A DNA stretch of 64,000 nt, from the NCBI GenBank assembly GCA_963788195.1, contig CAWBGA010000017.1:96001-160000 (forward strand), read 5' to 3'. The DNA comes from Nitrospirota bacterium (GTDB lineage: Bacteria > Nitrospirota > Nitrospiria > Nitrospirales > NS-4). The translations under genes were made by a program, and so were the position numbers. The notes beneath the pieces are model-generated. The model saw nothing but the letters and a program-made list of their open reading frames with translations. It ran no database searches and was not told the origin of the DNA. Below, one piece after another: positions 20,684 to 31,998 of the stretch (position 1 is its first letter; each line of letters begins with the position of its first letter).

Positions 20684-21355
20684 ATGCGAGTGCGCATCAT
20701 GGGTAAATCGGCTTCGATCGGCGCCCTTTCCTTCGTGCTTGCAGGTCTCCTCGTGGGATGCGCCTCCGAGTCTCTTCCGGCCTATGTGCTAAACGGCACA
20801 GAGCGGCCACCCTTTCTGTCGGTTCAGCAAGACCCAGGATCCTATGAGGGTCACCGCATGGTCTTCGGGGGCGAGGTCTTGAAGGCCAAACGACGGGAGG
20901 ATCGAACCGAAATCGAAGTGCTGCAACTGCCGTTAAATGCCAGCGATGAACTAATCCCGAACCGGATTAACTCACAGGGACGATTTCTCGTTTATCGAAG
21001 AGATTTTCTGGATCCTGCCGCTATTCCACCCGGAACGCTCATCACAGTCGTGGGAGAAGGCAAGGGGTCCGTGCGCGAGAAACTGGACGAGATGGATTAC
21101 TCTTATCCTGTCCTCGAAAGCGAATATATCAAGGTGTGGCCGGCCAGGACCCTAGGCGGCTATCGTCCCTATCCGTATCCCTACTACCCGTACGGTTATT
21201 ATGGTCCCTGGGGGTACCCGTATTACGCGCCATACGGCTATCCCTTCTATCCAGGCCCATTTTTTCGACCGTTTCCCTTCAGGCATTCGCACTCTCATTT
21301 TCGTCACGCCCCTCAGAATACTCCCCGCCCTCCGCAATTTCGTCGAGGAAGGTAG
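20684..21355 (+). CDS. Slp-family outer-membrane lipoprotein
   Basis: GGAGG at 20668; lipobox LLVGC; FGGEVL, EVLQLPL, SQGRF, FLDPA and YSYPV motifs; Tyr/Pro/Gly-rich tail. Confidence 0.87.
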   Translation: MRVRIMGKSASIGALSFVLAGLLVGCASESLPAYVLNGTERPPFLSVQQDPGSYEGHRMVFGGEVLKAKRREDRTEIEVLQLPLNASDELIPNRINSQGRFLVYRRDFLDPAAIPPGTLITVVGEGKGSVREKLDEMDYSYPVLESEYIKVWPARTLGGYRPYPYPYYPYGYYGPWGYPYYAPYGYPFYPGPFFRPFPFRHSHSHFRHAPQNTPRPPQFRRGR

Positions 21356-21380
21356 CGCGACTACTTCGAAAGCCGCTCAT

Positions 21381-22424
21381 CTACTTCTCAAGCAACCCTT
21401 CCGTCCGCAGGATATTGTTCATAATATCTCGGTAAATCGCTTTCAAATCGTCATCCATGTCCGGGCTTCTGCGAAAATCGGGAAATCGCCAGTTGAGCTG
21501 TAAAAAATGGTTGAAGGGAATGATTCTCTCCCGTTCTGTTTCTTGCCGCCAAGGAAATCGGGAGGACTCGAGAGACACCGCGCCGTCATTCACCAATGGT
21601 TCGCCCCTGCGGCGAGACTTCCATTTCAGAATCAGACTCGCCGGCTTCAGCAGCAGGTTTTGGAAAGGATAGCGCGTTGGCTGATCGATATCGCCCGCAT
21701 AGGAAAAATAGTAAGTTCCTGAACCATTCTTCGGCACCTTGCGTTCGCTCTCCGCTAAAGCATGATTCAAGGTATGGGCGCCGCTCTGCGTTAAATCATA
21801 GACGCTTCGGGCAAAGACTGGCAGAGGCACGTTCACCCCCTCCAAAAGACGTCGAAGAAATTCCCACGGAGACCCGTTCGAGGGGTGGTCATCCGCGGTG
21901 CTCCTCAGCACTCGTTCCATGGCATTCCACACATACAGCGCTGTCTTTGCGAGCGGCAGAATCACATGCCGGCAGCGGTAGGCAAGGTCTGCGAGAACTG
22001 TGCCTCCGTGCGGGGTGGCAATCATGGTCAGAGAGGCGATATGCGGGACCATTTCGCCGTGCGCAACCATCCACCGGGCATCAAGGCCCCCCTGACTGTG
22101 TGCAACGATATGCACCCCGGTCTTCGCAGGAAGAGCACCCACGATCTTCACAATTTCGCGTTGCAGGATCGCCGCGCGATTTGTCACACTTTCACAAGCA
22201 GGCAGCGTGGGAGCCACGACGCGCAAAGTCCATGGTGCTTCACTCTCCTGGTATTCCTTTTCATAGAACTCTCTCACCCCGTTGAAGTAACTCCTCCTCA
22301 TGCCAGGGCGCTTGGCATCGTCTCCCCACCCTAAAAAACCGTGCACCAAAACCACCAATATGCATCGCGATCCCTCTGGCTGCCCTACACGGCTTGCCGC
22401 CAACTCATGTTGCGCCGAAATCAC
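21381..22424 (-). CDS. lipase-like alpha/beta hydrolase
   Basis: VLVHGFLG, AHSQGG nucleophile elbow, ATPHGGT, NDGAV, NH. Confidence 0.87.
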   Translation of the reverse strand: MISAQHELAASRVGQPEGSRCILVVLVHGFLGWGDDAKRPGMRRSYFNGVREFYEKEYQESEAPWTLRVVAPTLPACESVTNRAAILQREIVKIVGALPAKTGVHIVAHSQGGLDARWMVAHGEMVPHIASLTMIATPHGGTVLADLAYRCRHVILPLAKTALYVWNAMERVLRSTADDHPSNGSPWEFLRRLLEGVNVPLPVFARSVYDLTQSGAHTLNHALAESERKVPKNGSGTYYFSYAGDIDQPTRYPFQNLLLKPASLILKWKSRRRGEPLVNDGAVSLESSRFPWRQETERERIIPFNHFLQLNWRFPDFRRSPDMDDDLKAIYRDIMNNILRTEGLLEK

Positions 22425-25400
22425 GACGCATCTCTGCTTCCACTCTTCACATACCTTCGCGTAAGTTCGAGAAAATTCTTCAATTGATCGCTCCCAGCCG
22501 TCGGCGCCTGTTCAGTCGCTTGCTGATATATCCACTCGATGGTGTGCAAGCCCAGCATTCTGTAGCTCTCGAACTGAGACTCGCTAAACCATTGATCCCC
22601 GGTAGACTCATGGGGAAACATTTGGTTTGTAGCGGCGTAATTATAGATGTCGATTGGTTCGTCTCCAACGATTGAAGGTTTCAGGTAGATGAGGATTCCA
22701 TCCAGATCCTTCCTCTGTTCCTCAGGAAGACCTGCTCCGTCTGCTTCTGAGTACTGAATCCTTCCAATCGCGCAATATTTTGGTGTTTTCTGCCTTTGGT
22801 CTTCGTTTCTCTTTCGCGGGAGAATCAGCATCTTGTCAATCGTGATCGGAATACCAGTATCAATGCGTATCTTACGGATTGCGTTGCCGAGGTCTTCAAA
22901 TGCGCAGTCCTCGTCCCGTCCCGCGTCGCTGACAACAATGAAGTGACACCGACGAAGCACCATTTCGTACAGACCGAGGTTTTCGAAATGGCCGCCGTCG
23001 GAGAGATTGACGAACCGTCGCTCCGAACTCGTTAAGCCAAACGCTTCGGCAAGAAGCGGACCAAGGGCGAATCCTGGGGTCGCGTCCTTAAAGGCAGCTT
23101 TTGCAGGATTTCCGAGCCACCAGCCGAGCCGGATGTTGAACAACGTCAGGAGAAAGGTAATGGCAGGCGACGAGTGATATCCCATATTGGGACTGGCAGC
23201 GGCTCCCGAAATCGCCACCGCGGTGCCCAAGGTGATCTTGCCGCCGTATTCGCTGGAACGGCGATACCCCAGATAACGATTTCCCGCATGTAAGGGGGTC
23301 ACCGTAAACGACTCCGCTTGTCGTTGCTGCCAGGCCAGCTCCTTGCCGCCGACGAGGTTCAAGGCGATATTCACGGTGTGGAAGGGCTTTGTTCGCAGCG
23401 AGCACATGTGCTGGTTGTCATTCGGATCAAATCCGGTAAAGACGTTCGGGCTCCGGTCGGCATTCGACGCGCCGAGATACGCGCGTACAATTCTGTTGCG
23501 ATAGAGGGCATGTAAGGAAAATCGGTTGATGTTGATAAAGCCGGCGAAGAGGGCACTGACAAGTGCTAGGACGACGGCAAGAGCCGCGATCCATCCGACA
23601 TGCGTTGTAGTTAGTATCCCAGACTCATCTACCGTGTGAGACTGCCAGATATACACCGACCCCAGTCGAAACAGTTCCCCTGTTGTCCATGACAATACGA
23701 TGATCATGAGGGCAGCAAAGACAGGCGCCGCAAGCAACAGCACGATATCGGGGACGCGATTCGTCCAGTCCCCTTGTGCTTTCTCTTTCGCGTTTGCGGC
23801 AGACTTCGAACTAAAACCCAGCCAGTTCACGACGATACCCGACGAAATCATACCCAGAAAAGTATGGAAGATCGAAACCCAGCGAGGAACAAACAGCACG
23901 AGTGCGGCGATGGTGTTCCACACAATGCTGACCATCAGCGCCCAGCCTCCAGAGCGTGCCCACCACTCCCGGTCCTCGTCATCGGTGAAGCGGCCGCTCA
24001 ATCCGACAAAGAGCGTTGCGGCTAAGAGAAAGAGGGACAAGAACACCGGAATCGCAAACGCACCGTAATACACCGCAAAATTATTGACCGGCCCGGCCGG
24101 CAAGATTTGCAGGGCCATCCACGCAAGGTATCCTCCCAGCGCCCCGCTAAGAATAATCACGACAAGTTCACCAACTATCCAGCGTGCTTGCTGAATTGTC
24201 CCTTGGAATTGATTCCATTGCCGCAGTGCCAACACGGAAAGAATCCAACCCGCTACATGAACACCCGCAGCGACCAATATAAAAGGCGATCCCGGCACCC
24301 GAACCCCCCAAAGATACATGCTCAGAACGTTCTGACTGCGACCGTCATTCGCTACCCACGCCCACCACGTGGTGATCAGACCCGCTGAGACAATCAACGG
24401 CAACAAGGAGACGAATAAGAATGTATTTTGATTCCCCCACGCCTTCCATTTTTCGCTCGTCCGCTCCTGTAAGCTCGGTCTATAACTGTGAATGTACGCC
24501 AAGGCAATGGTCGCAAGAACGCAGCCGCCAATCAGCAAGAGGTCTGCGGAGTTAAGCCGGAATCCGAAGAGTGATACGGACGATGAATTCAGACGGACAA
24601 TGCTCACGATAAGATAAGGAAGAGCAAGAAATGCCATGAGAAGAGGCAACAGTACCAGCCAGTTCAACAGCATGTTACGCAGAATCGTTCCCAGCGCGGC
24701 CCATGTATCCGCTGACAGCAGACCGAGCTTTGGGGTGAGATAATTGCTAAACCCCCTTAAATGGCATATGGGCGCGGGCTCAGGTTTGAGCAGCGAGGAG
24801 GGAGGATTTCTCAGCTCTGAATCGACCTCAGCGAAACCCTTTCGCTTGATCCACGCCGACAGCCAGCTTCCCACATAGCCGCCCCCCGATACCGTGGATA
24901 GATAGTGAAACTCTTTGAGCAGGCCCTTTCGCGCCAATCCTTGGAGGATACCCAAGGCATATGTGGCACTCCGGATGCCGCCGCCCGAGAGGCACAACGC
25001 GACACGAGGACCGGATGAATGCTCGGAACCCCCGTCGCCGCGGTCCGTAGGCGAGGTCCTCACCAGCTCATGAATATGTCGGTAAATCATCGCCAGACGG
25101 GCTTCTTCCAGTGCGTCATTTTTACATCCCTGAGGCGGCATCGATTTATAGAGATATTGCCCATAACAGGCTTCAAGAAGGATGCGGTTGGCCGCCGGAA
25201 CCTCCTGTGGTTTGCCGTGGCAAGCGCAGTCACATACATGTTTTGTTTTGTCACCAGACGGTTCAGCGCATCCAGAACTGCGCGCTCGCGCCGTTCCTTA
25301 GAAGCCGTGCCGGGAGATAAGAAGGGGTTCACGATGGAAAACCGGCGATCCAACTCCCGCGCCAGTTCTGTGGCATTTTCAAGATCGCTGGCGGTGAAGT

Positions 25401-25887
25401 AAGCCGTTCGGGTCGCAGGTTCGCTCCGGGGATGGATCCATTCGCCCATCAGACATTGAAGGAGTCGTGCATTCGCATCGCACTGACTTTTTTGAAAGCT
25501 ACGGATCTCCTCCGTGTCCTGCCCGGGGTTGTTGGGTAAGAGCCGTGCTGTGAGGTTGGGATCCCGCGCGAGTTCGTTTAATCGGGTGGTGAATCGTGTT
25601 AAGGCGGCTTCAACCTGCTTGCGTTGATCTTTTCCTAGAGTTGCGAAGTCTGAAAACTTGCGGAGCATCTCGAGGTCCACGGTCTCTTCCTGCTTGGTAT
25701 TGGCCTGCCCGGCGCTGAGGATTTTGAGCCGTTCCGCGATATGAGCGGGGTTATTCCAATGAAATTCGAAAAACCGCCCGCGACAGTCATGAACCACTCT
25801 GAACTCTTCTTCCAGCACTTCAGAGAGCGTGAAGGGTGCTTCAGACGCTGCTCGGTGGCGCATGGGTCGATTGCTGAGTCGCTTCAC
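22421..25887 (-). CDS. multi-pass membrane patatin-like phospholipase; frameshift at ~25200-25250 (probable assembly error)
   Basis: LCLSGGGIRSA, LSTVSGG and LSDGGHFENLG motifs. The 906-aa frame stays open upstream of its ATG (QEVPAANRILLEACYGQYL) and overlaps ORF 25087..25887. Confidence 0.82.
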
Positions 25888-26186
25888 GATGTCCGGCCTC
25901 TTTTTGATTCAGGAGTGGTCGCAGCGCCTCCAACATAATCGCTTGCTTATCCAAGGAAAACCCTTATTCTGTGCGCGGAATATCACCCGCTTACAAAAAC
26001 TTGTCAAGCATCACATTCCGGGGAAAGCCTGCCGCCCTAGCGGGATCTGCGATTGCAGGTACTGCTACCGTTTTAGAGTCAAGAGGCCAGCTTGAGGGTA
26101 CGAAACCCCTGCGGCAATGTCACGGTAAGGGATACGGGCGAGAAGTAAGAGACCAGAGAATCCTTTGATTCGCTTGCGGGAGTGGG

Positions 26187-26262
26187 TGGAGGCGCCGAGC
26201 GGGGTCGAACCGCTGCATCGCAGTTTTGCAGACTGCTCCCTTAACCACTTGGGTACGGCGCC
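26187..26262 (-). tRNA. tRNA-Cys (GCA)
   Basis: GGCGCCG acceptor stem; D-arm CCCAAGTGGTTAAGGG; anticodon arm GCAGT-CTGCAAA-ACTGC; GGTTCGAC T-loop; encoded CCA. Confidence 0.97.
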
Positions 26263-26325
26263 TTGTTGGGGATTATAAAGGTGAAGGACTAGTCAGACAA
26301 GGAGGTTAATAGATGCCTGCTTCTT

Positions 26326-27501
26326 TTACAGCTTGAGGACGGGAATTTCCTTCTTTCTGGAGTCCCCTGCGGCTGAGATCGGCTCTGCAGCCGGCTCGCC
26401 GTTGACGCTGCCGTTGCCATCGCCGTAGAGGTCCGCTTCCTTTTCTTTGGCCATGATCTCGATCTCGGCCAAGAGGGTGTCCAGCAGCTCTTCGGATTTG
26501 ACCTTCCGGATGAGTTTGCCGTGCTTGAAGAGGATGCCGACGCCCTCGCCGCCTGCAATGCCGATATCGGCCTCCTTGCCCTCGCCGATCCCGTTCACGA
26601 CACAGCCCAGCACCGAGACATTCAATGGCACTCGGATATGTCCCAGCCGCTTCTCGAGCTCGTTGGCCAATTTGACCACGTCGATTTCGACCCGGCCACA
26701 CGTGGGACAGGCGATGACGTTGACGCCGCGATGGCGAAGCTCCAGCGCTTTGAGAATTTCAAAACCCACCTTCACTTCTTCAACGGGGTCGGCGGCCAAA
26801 GACACGCGAATCGTATCGCCGATGCCGCCGGCAAGGAGCAAGCCGATGCCGATCGATGACTTAATGGAACCCGTCAAGAGGGTCCCCGCCTCAGTAATGC
26901 CCAGATGTAACGGGTAATCGGATTGCAACGAGAACAGCCGGTAGGCATCCACAGCCATGTGGACGTCGGAAGCCTTCAAAGACACCTTCATATTGGTAAA
27001 GCCGATGTCTTCGAGCGCATGGACGGCATTGAGGGCCGATTCGCAGAGGGCCTCGGCGGTCGGATAGCCGTACTTGGCCAGCAACTCCCGCTCAAGCGAG
27101 CCGCCGTTGACGCCGATGCGCAGCGGGATATTTCGCTCGCGCGCGGCTTTCACGACTTCCTCTACCTTCCACCAGGCGCCGATATTCCCAGGGTTAATGC
27201 GCACGCAGTCGACCACTTGCGCAGCTTTTAACGCTAACCGGTGGTCGAAATGCACGTCGGCGATCAGTGGAACCGTGGTCTGGGATTTGATCGACTGGAG
27301 CGCGGCGGCGGCTTCCGGCGTGTTCACCGTCACCCGGACGATTTCGCATCCCACCTGCTCAAGTTCGTGAATCTGGGCGACAGTCGCCTTCACATCCGCA
27401 GTGTCCGGGGTCGTCATTGACTGCACGACCACCGGCGCCCCGCCACCGATAGGGACGCGGCCGACGCGAACTTGTTTCGTCTTCCGCCGAGTGATGAACA
27501 T
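26326..27501 (-). CDS. ispG: (E)-4-hydroxy-3-methylbut-2-enyl-diphosphate synthase
   Basis: VVVQSMT, RINPGNIG, LHLGITEAG, CPTCGR, GCVVNG. Confidence 0.96.
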   Translation of the reverse strand: MFITRRKTKQVRVGRVPIGGGAPVVVQSMTTPDTADVKATVAQIHELEQVGCEIVRVTVNTPEAAAALQSIKSQTTVPLIADVHFDHRLALKAAQVVDCVRINPGNIGAWWKVEEVVKAARERNIPLRIGVNGGSLERELLAKYGYPTAEALCESALNAVHALEDIGFTNMKVSLKASDVHMAVDAYRLFSLQSDYPLHLGITEAGTLLTGSIKSSIGIGLLLAGGIGDTIRVSLAADPVEEVKVGFEILKALELRHRGVNVIACPTCGRVEIDVVKLANELEKRLGHIRVPLNVSVLGCVVNGIGEGKEADIGIAGGEGVGILFKHGKLIRKVKSEELLDTLLAEIEIMAKEKEADLYGDGNGSVNGEPAAEPISAAGDSRKKEIPVLKL

Positions 27502-27503
27502 AC

Positions 27504-29403
27504 TTAGCGCTCGGACTCCACACCGAGTTCAACGGCTGCCAGCAAGCCTTTGGCCTCCTCGTAAATCCCCTCCGACGTCAACCCATGCTGCGCGCGAAGC
27601 AGATCCTGGGGGCCCTGCTCAATGTACTGATCTGGTAAGCCGAGGACCCTGGTCGGAAGAGCGGAGAGGTGCTGGTCCGACAACGCTTCAAGGACCGCGG
27701 ATCCAAAGCCTCCCATGCGGCAGCCTTCCTCCACCGTCAACAGACACTTGACTTGTCTGGCGACCCGCGCGATGAGGGGCACATCGAGAGGCTTCACGTA
27801 GCGGGCATTGATCACCGCCGCGGAAATGCCGTCTTGCGCCAACCGCTCGGCGGCGCGCATTGCGGGAACGACGGTGACACCGATCGCGACGAGCGCGAGA
27901 TCGGTTCCTTCGCGCAGCAGTTCGCCCTGTCCGATGGGCAGCGCCGTCGGATAGGAATCCATGTTGACGCCCCATGCGCTGCCGCGTGGGTAGCGCACCG
28001 CGGCGGGGCCCTCATAACTGAGGCAGGTTTTCACCATGTGCTGCAGTTCGTTCTCGTCTTTGGGAGCCATGACGACCATGTTCGGGACATGGCGCAGGAA
28101 GGCGTAGTCGAATGCGCCGTGATGCGTCGTCCCGTCCTCGGCGACCAGGCCTCCGCGATCAATCATCATCGTGACCGGCAGGTTCTGGGTGGCGACGTCA
28201 TGAACAATTTGATCGTACGCGCGCTGCAGGAAGGTACTGTACATTGTCACGACCGGCCTTAACCCCTGTGTGGCCAACCCCGCGGCAAAGGTCAATGCGT
28301 GCTGCTCGGCGATTCCAACATCGTGAAAGCGGTCGGGGAACTCCTCCGCGAAACCTTTCAAGCCGGTACCCTCGCACATGGCCGCTGTAATGGCGACGAT
28401 CCGGCGGTCCTGACGCGCGAGGCGGCACAGAGTGTTGGTGGCGACAGCAGTATAGGAGGCTGTCGACGCCTGTTTCGATGGACGCCCTGTCTCACGATTA
28501 AAAGGGGGACAGGCATGAAACCAGACGGGGTCCTTCATCGCGGGCTCATAGCCGAGGCCCTTTTTCGTGATGACATGCAGCAGGGTCGGACCCTTGAGTC
28601 TCAGCACATTCTTGAGGGTGCCCAACAGATGCTCGAAGCTATGGCCGTCGATGGGCCCGACATACCGAAATCCGAGCTCTTCGAACAGCAACCCGGGAAG
28701 GATGATGCCCTTGGCCAGCTCCTCCGCGCGATGGGCAAGCTTGCTGAGGGAATCTCCAAAGCGGGGAATGGCTCTCAACAGTTGCTGCGTCTCTTCGCGA
28801 ACGCGTGTGACGAATTCGCCGGTGTAGGTGCGATTGAGATACGCCGACAGAGACCCGACATTCGGCGAGATCGACATCTGATTATCGTTCAGGATCACCA
28901 CGAGGTCTTTGTGAAGCCCGCCCGCGTGCTCCATGGCCTCCAAGCGTCATGCCCGAGGTCATCGCACCATCGCCTACAATGCAGACGACCCGGTGATCTT
29001 GTTCTGCAAGGTCGCGCGCCACCATCATGCCCACCGCGGCAGACACACCTGTCCCCGCGTGTCCGGCATTGAAGGTATCGTAAATGCTCTCCTCTCTCTT
29101 GCAAAAACCGCTCATTCCTCCGTGCTGACGGAGGGTATGAAACTGCTCCCGCCTACCCGTCAATAACTTATGTGTATAGGCTTGATTGCTCGTATCCCAG
29201 ACAATCTTGTCCTTCGGAGTGTCCAATAAATAGTGTAGCGCGAGGGTGAGTTCGACAACGCCCAAGTTAGAAGCTAAGTGACCTCCTACGGCCGAGGTGA
29301 CAGTCAGGATCCGTTCCCGAATTTCGCCCGCGAGCGTTGGGAGTGCGTCGACGGAAAGCCGTTTTAGATCTGAGGGGCTATCGATGCCGTCTAATAATGA
29401 CAC
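27504..29403 (-). CDS. dxs: 1-deoxy-D-xylulose-5-phosphate synthase; +1 frameshift at ~28942 (probable assembly error)
   Basis: GGHLASNLGVVEL and GDGAMTSG in ORF 28882..29403; NDNQMSI, GIAEQHA and DGTTHHG in ORF 27504..28943. Confidence 0.93.
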
Positions 29404-29533
29404 AGGTGACCTCTTATTTCTTTTTATTATACGAAAGTAAACACAAGTGTTGAATTATACGCGAGTTTGTCCTGGTTTACAACCGCGAGCTACATCCCAC
29501 CCATGCGGTAGGTCAGAACGAATGTGAACAGCC

Positions 29534-30751
29534 TCAAAATGGAAAATCCAGGCCGGCAAAGACCGCATTGCCGTCTTTACTGGTCGCGACATCCACCCGT
29601 CCGACCACATTCGGACGCGCAATCGCTCGGAAGCCGATCCCTGGATTAATTTCATAATTGGAAAGCCACCGGTATCCGATATTGCTCATCACTTTGCCGA
29701 TATCCAAAAAAGGCGCGGTTTCGACTTCTGCGACAGTGCCGAAGAATCGTAAGTGGAACAACTGGATCCGCTCCTCCAAATTAAAGACGATCGAGTGGTC
29801 ATCAACAAAACGGCCGATCCCGAACCCTCGCAAAGAGCTCTGCCCGCCTAGCATGCTTCGCTCGAAGAAAGGAATGTCCGCGCCGCCGAGGGCTGCTTCG
29901 AACTTCCCGCGAAACGCAAAGGTGTATCGCTTGGTCTGATTGGGAATGAGTTTACGATATTCAACACCGTACTTGCTAAAGAAGGTCGTCCGGGCGGCGG
30001 TAAATGCCTGCGCCGATTCCGCATACACGGCGAAGTAAGATCCAATCGTGGGGGTCACCGTATCATCGCGGGTATCGCTTAAAAACCCCAGCCTGTTGCC
30101 GGAAATCGTCGCCCCGCCCATTCCTGGGACACTGGGAAAAACCGACTGGGTGAACGAGAGATCCGGAATACCCCCTGGCTGAAGCTCCACGTTGCGCAGC
30201 CGTTGTGTGAAAAGCACCCGTTGCCCGGGGCCCACATAGATTCCGGCCGAGACATACCCATAAAGCTCGCGGTCCGTGTAGTTGGTCTCATTGTCCTGCG
30301 GGACCTTGGCGCCGATACCGAAAAACCGCGCGGTCGCGTTCTTGAAGAAGCCGGCGCTGGCCTCGAAGCTGTAGCGGCCTCCGGCCAAATACAAGTTGCG
30401 ATACGTCCCGAGGAATTTTCGTTCGATTTTCTCCGTGTAAGAGGCAAGAAAGGTGATCTCCTCGCCACGCCTCGGGTATTTGAAAAAATTAAAAGTGACA
30501 CGCGAACCAAGGAACTCGTTGTTCACGTACATGGGCGCAATGATCTGGGTGATCCGCCCGTCCTTGTCGTTGAAGATGAACGGCACAATAATCCCGCCAT
30601 CGACCCCGTCATTCTTTGAATTTGCGATCGCGGGAATGAGAAAGTAATTCCAGTCTCGAGCCTCGACGTTCGCCGTCGAAAGCGCGATGAGCGCAAGCAT
30701 AGCGGCGAGCACCGCTCCCGAGCGCACAAGAGAGCTCTTACGGAACCTCAT
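29534..30751 (-). CDS. Omp85/BamA-TamA-family beta-barrel without obvious POTRA domains
   Basis: Signal peptide; LGGQSSLRGF loop-6 motif; C-terminal GLDFPF. Confidence 0.82.
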   Translation of the reverse strand: MRFRKSSLVRSGAVLAAMLALIALSTANVEARDWNYFLIPAIANSKNDGVDGGIIVPFIFNDKDGRITQIIAPMYVNNEFLGSRVTFNFFKYPRRGEEITFLASYTEKIERKFLGTYRNLYLAGGRYSFEASAGFFKNATARFFGIGAKVPQDNETNYTDRELYGYVSAGIYVGPGQRVLFTQRLRNVELQPGGIPDLSFTQSVFPSVPGMGGATISGNRLGFLSDTRDDTVTPTIGSYFAVYAESAQAFTAARTTFFSKYGVEYRKLIPNQTKRYTFAFRGKFEAALGGADIPFFERSMLGGQSSLRGFGIGRFVDDHSIVFNLEERIQLFHLRFFGTVAEVETAPFLDIGKVMSNIGYRWLSNYEINPGIGFRAIARPNVVGRVDVATSKDGNAVFAGLDFPF

Positions 30752-30781
30752 GGTGACAAAGGTTCGCGTTTTCGATCTAGA

Positions 30782-31435
30782 CTATTGGGCCCGTGACCGT
30801 TCAGGAACCGCCCCGGGGGCCCCGATGAGGTCTGCCTTTTCGCGAATCGTCTTATTTAATACTTCAAATGACTCTTTGCGCAGGATGCGCTTGAACTGCT
30901 CGCGATAGTTGCTCACTAGCCCGGTCCCTTCTACTATGACGTCGTAGACGCGCCAGTCGCCGTCGCGTTGTTCCATCTTATAGTCAATCGGGATCATCGA
31001 TTTTCCCGTATCGATTTCGGTCCGGACCTCGGCATAATTACCGTCGATGACTTCCTTCAGATAACGAACCTTCTCGCCGGAGTAGTTTTCGATGCGGCCC
31101 AGATAGGAATTTGCCAACAAGGTCCGGAAGGAGTTGACGAACTCCTTGCGCTCCTCAGGGGTGCGCTTCGCCCATTCCGCTCCGATCGTGCGTTTCGCCA
31201 TCTCCTCGAAGTTAAAGCGCTTGGCGATGACCTCCTCCAGCCGCTTGCGTCGCTCCTCTTTAGTCTCCGCTTTCTTGAGCCCAGGATCCTCGACCACGCG
31301 CAGGACTTCATCAACAGACTGCTTCAGAGCATCCGTGGGCGAACCCGCCGAGGCCACGCCTCCGATGGTGACCGCGAAAGCGATCAGCAGACTTGTCGTA
31401 AGTACCCCTTGTTTGATGACCATACGCTTTCGCAT
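30782..31435 (-). CDS. mlaC: MlaC/Ttg2D (HpnM-like) periplasmic lipid shuttle
   Basis: FNFEEMAKRTIGAEW and WRVYDVIVEGTGLVSNYREQF. Confidence 0.88.
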   Translation of the reverse strand: MRKRMVIKQGVLTTSLLIAFAVTIGGVASAGSPTDALKQSVDEVLRVVEDPGLKKAETKEERRKRLEEVIAKRFNFEEMAKRTIGAEWAKRTPEERKEFVNSFRTLLANSYLGRIENYSGEKVRYLKEVIDGNYAEVRTEIDTGKSMIPIDYKMEQRDGDWRVYDVIVEGTGLVSNYREQFKRILRKESFEVLNKTIREKADLIGAPGAVPERSRAQ

Positions 31436-31494
31436 TCAGCTCTCCCTCTATTCCGTATCTGCGGTTGGTGTGGATTCCTCGACTTTCGCGCTCA

Positions 31495-31998
31495 TCATTT
31501 CGCTGACTTCTTAGTCGCCTCAGGTTTTGTTTTCTCGCCGTTTCCGCTGTTGCCCGCGCTTCCATGGATGAATTCACCGATGATGGCCTCCAGGTCGACG
31601 CCCGACTCAGTATCCCGGATTTTGCCTCCGGGCGCCAACTCCTTGTCGGACCCACCCGGCGATAGTGAGACATACTTGTCGCCGATGAGACCACGGGTCT
31701 TGATGGCCGCAATGGCGTCCTGGTACACCTTGACGTGCGGCTGCAGTGCCAGCGTCACAAGCGCATGTTCCCCGTCCAATGCAATCCGTTTCACCTGTCC
31801 CACTTGGACACCGGCCACCTCGACGGGGGATCCGGTTTTCAATCCGGCGACAGAGTCGAAGACTGCGGTGACATGGTATTGACGGCTGCTGATGACTTCC
31901 AACTTTCCAAGCTTCACGGCCAGATACGTCAAGGCCGCGAGACCAATGAGGACAAAGACCCCTACGATCAGCTCCAGTTTCGTATCCTTTGCGGTCAT
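31495..31998 (-). CDS. mlaD: MCE-domain protein MlaD
   Basis: ELIVGVFV, GLKTGSPVEVAGVQVG, GLIGDKYV. Confidence 0.92.
   Translation of the reverse strand: MTAKDTKLELIVGVFVLIGLAALTYLAVKLGKLEVISSRQYHVTAVFDSVAGLKTGSPVEVAGVQVGQVKRIALDGEHALVTLALQPHVKVYQDAIAAIKTRGLIGDKYVSLSPGGSDKELAPGGKIRDTESGVDLEAIIGEFIHGSAGNSGNGEKTKPEATKKSAK

Noticed and set aside
25890..26186. Integrase/att site or riboswitch beside tRNA-Cys
   Set aside because: No recombinase ORF, no duplicated tRNA 3' end noticed, and no riboswitch consensus I could support.
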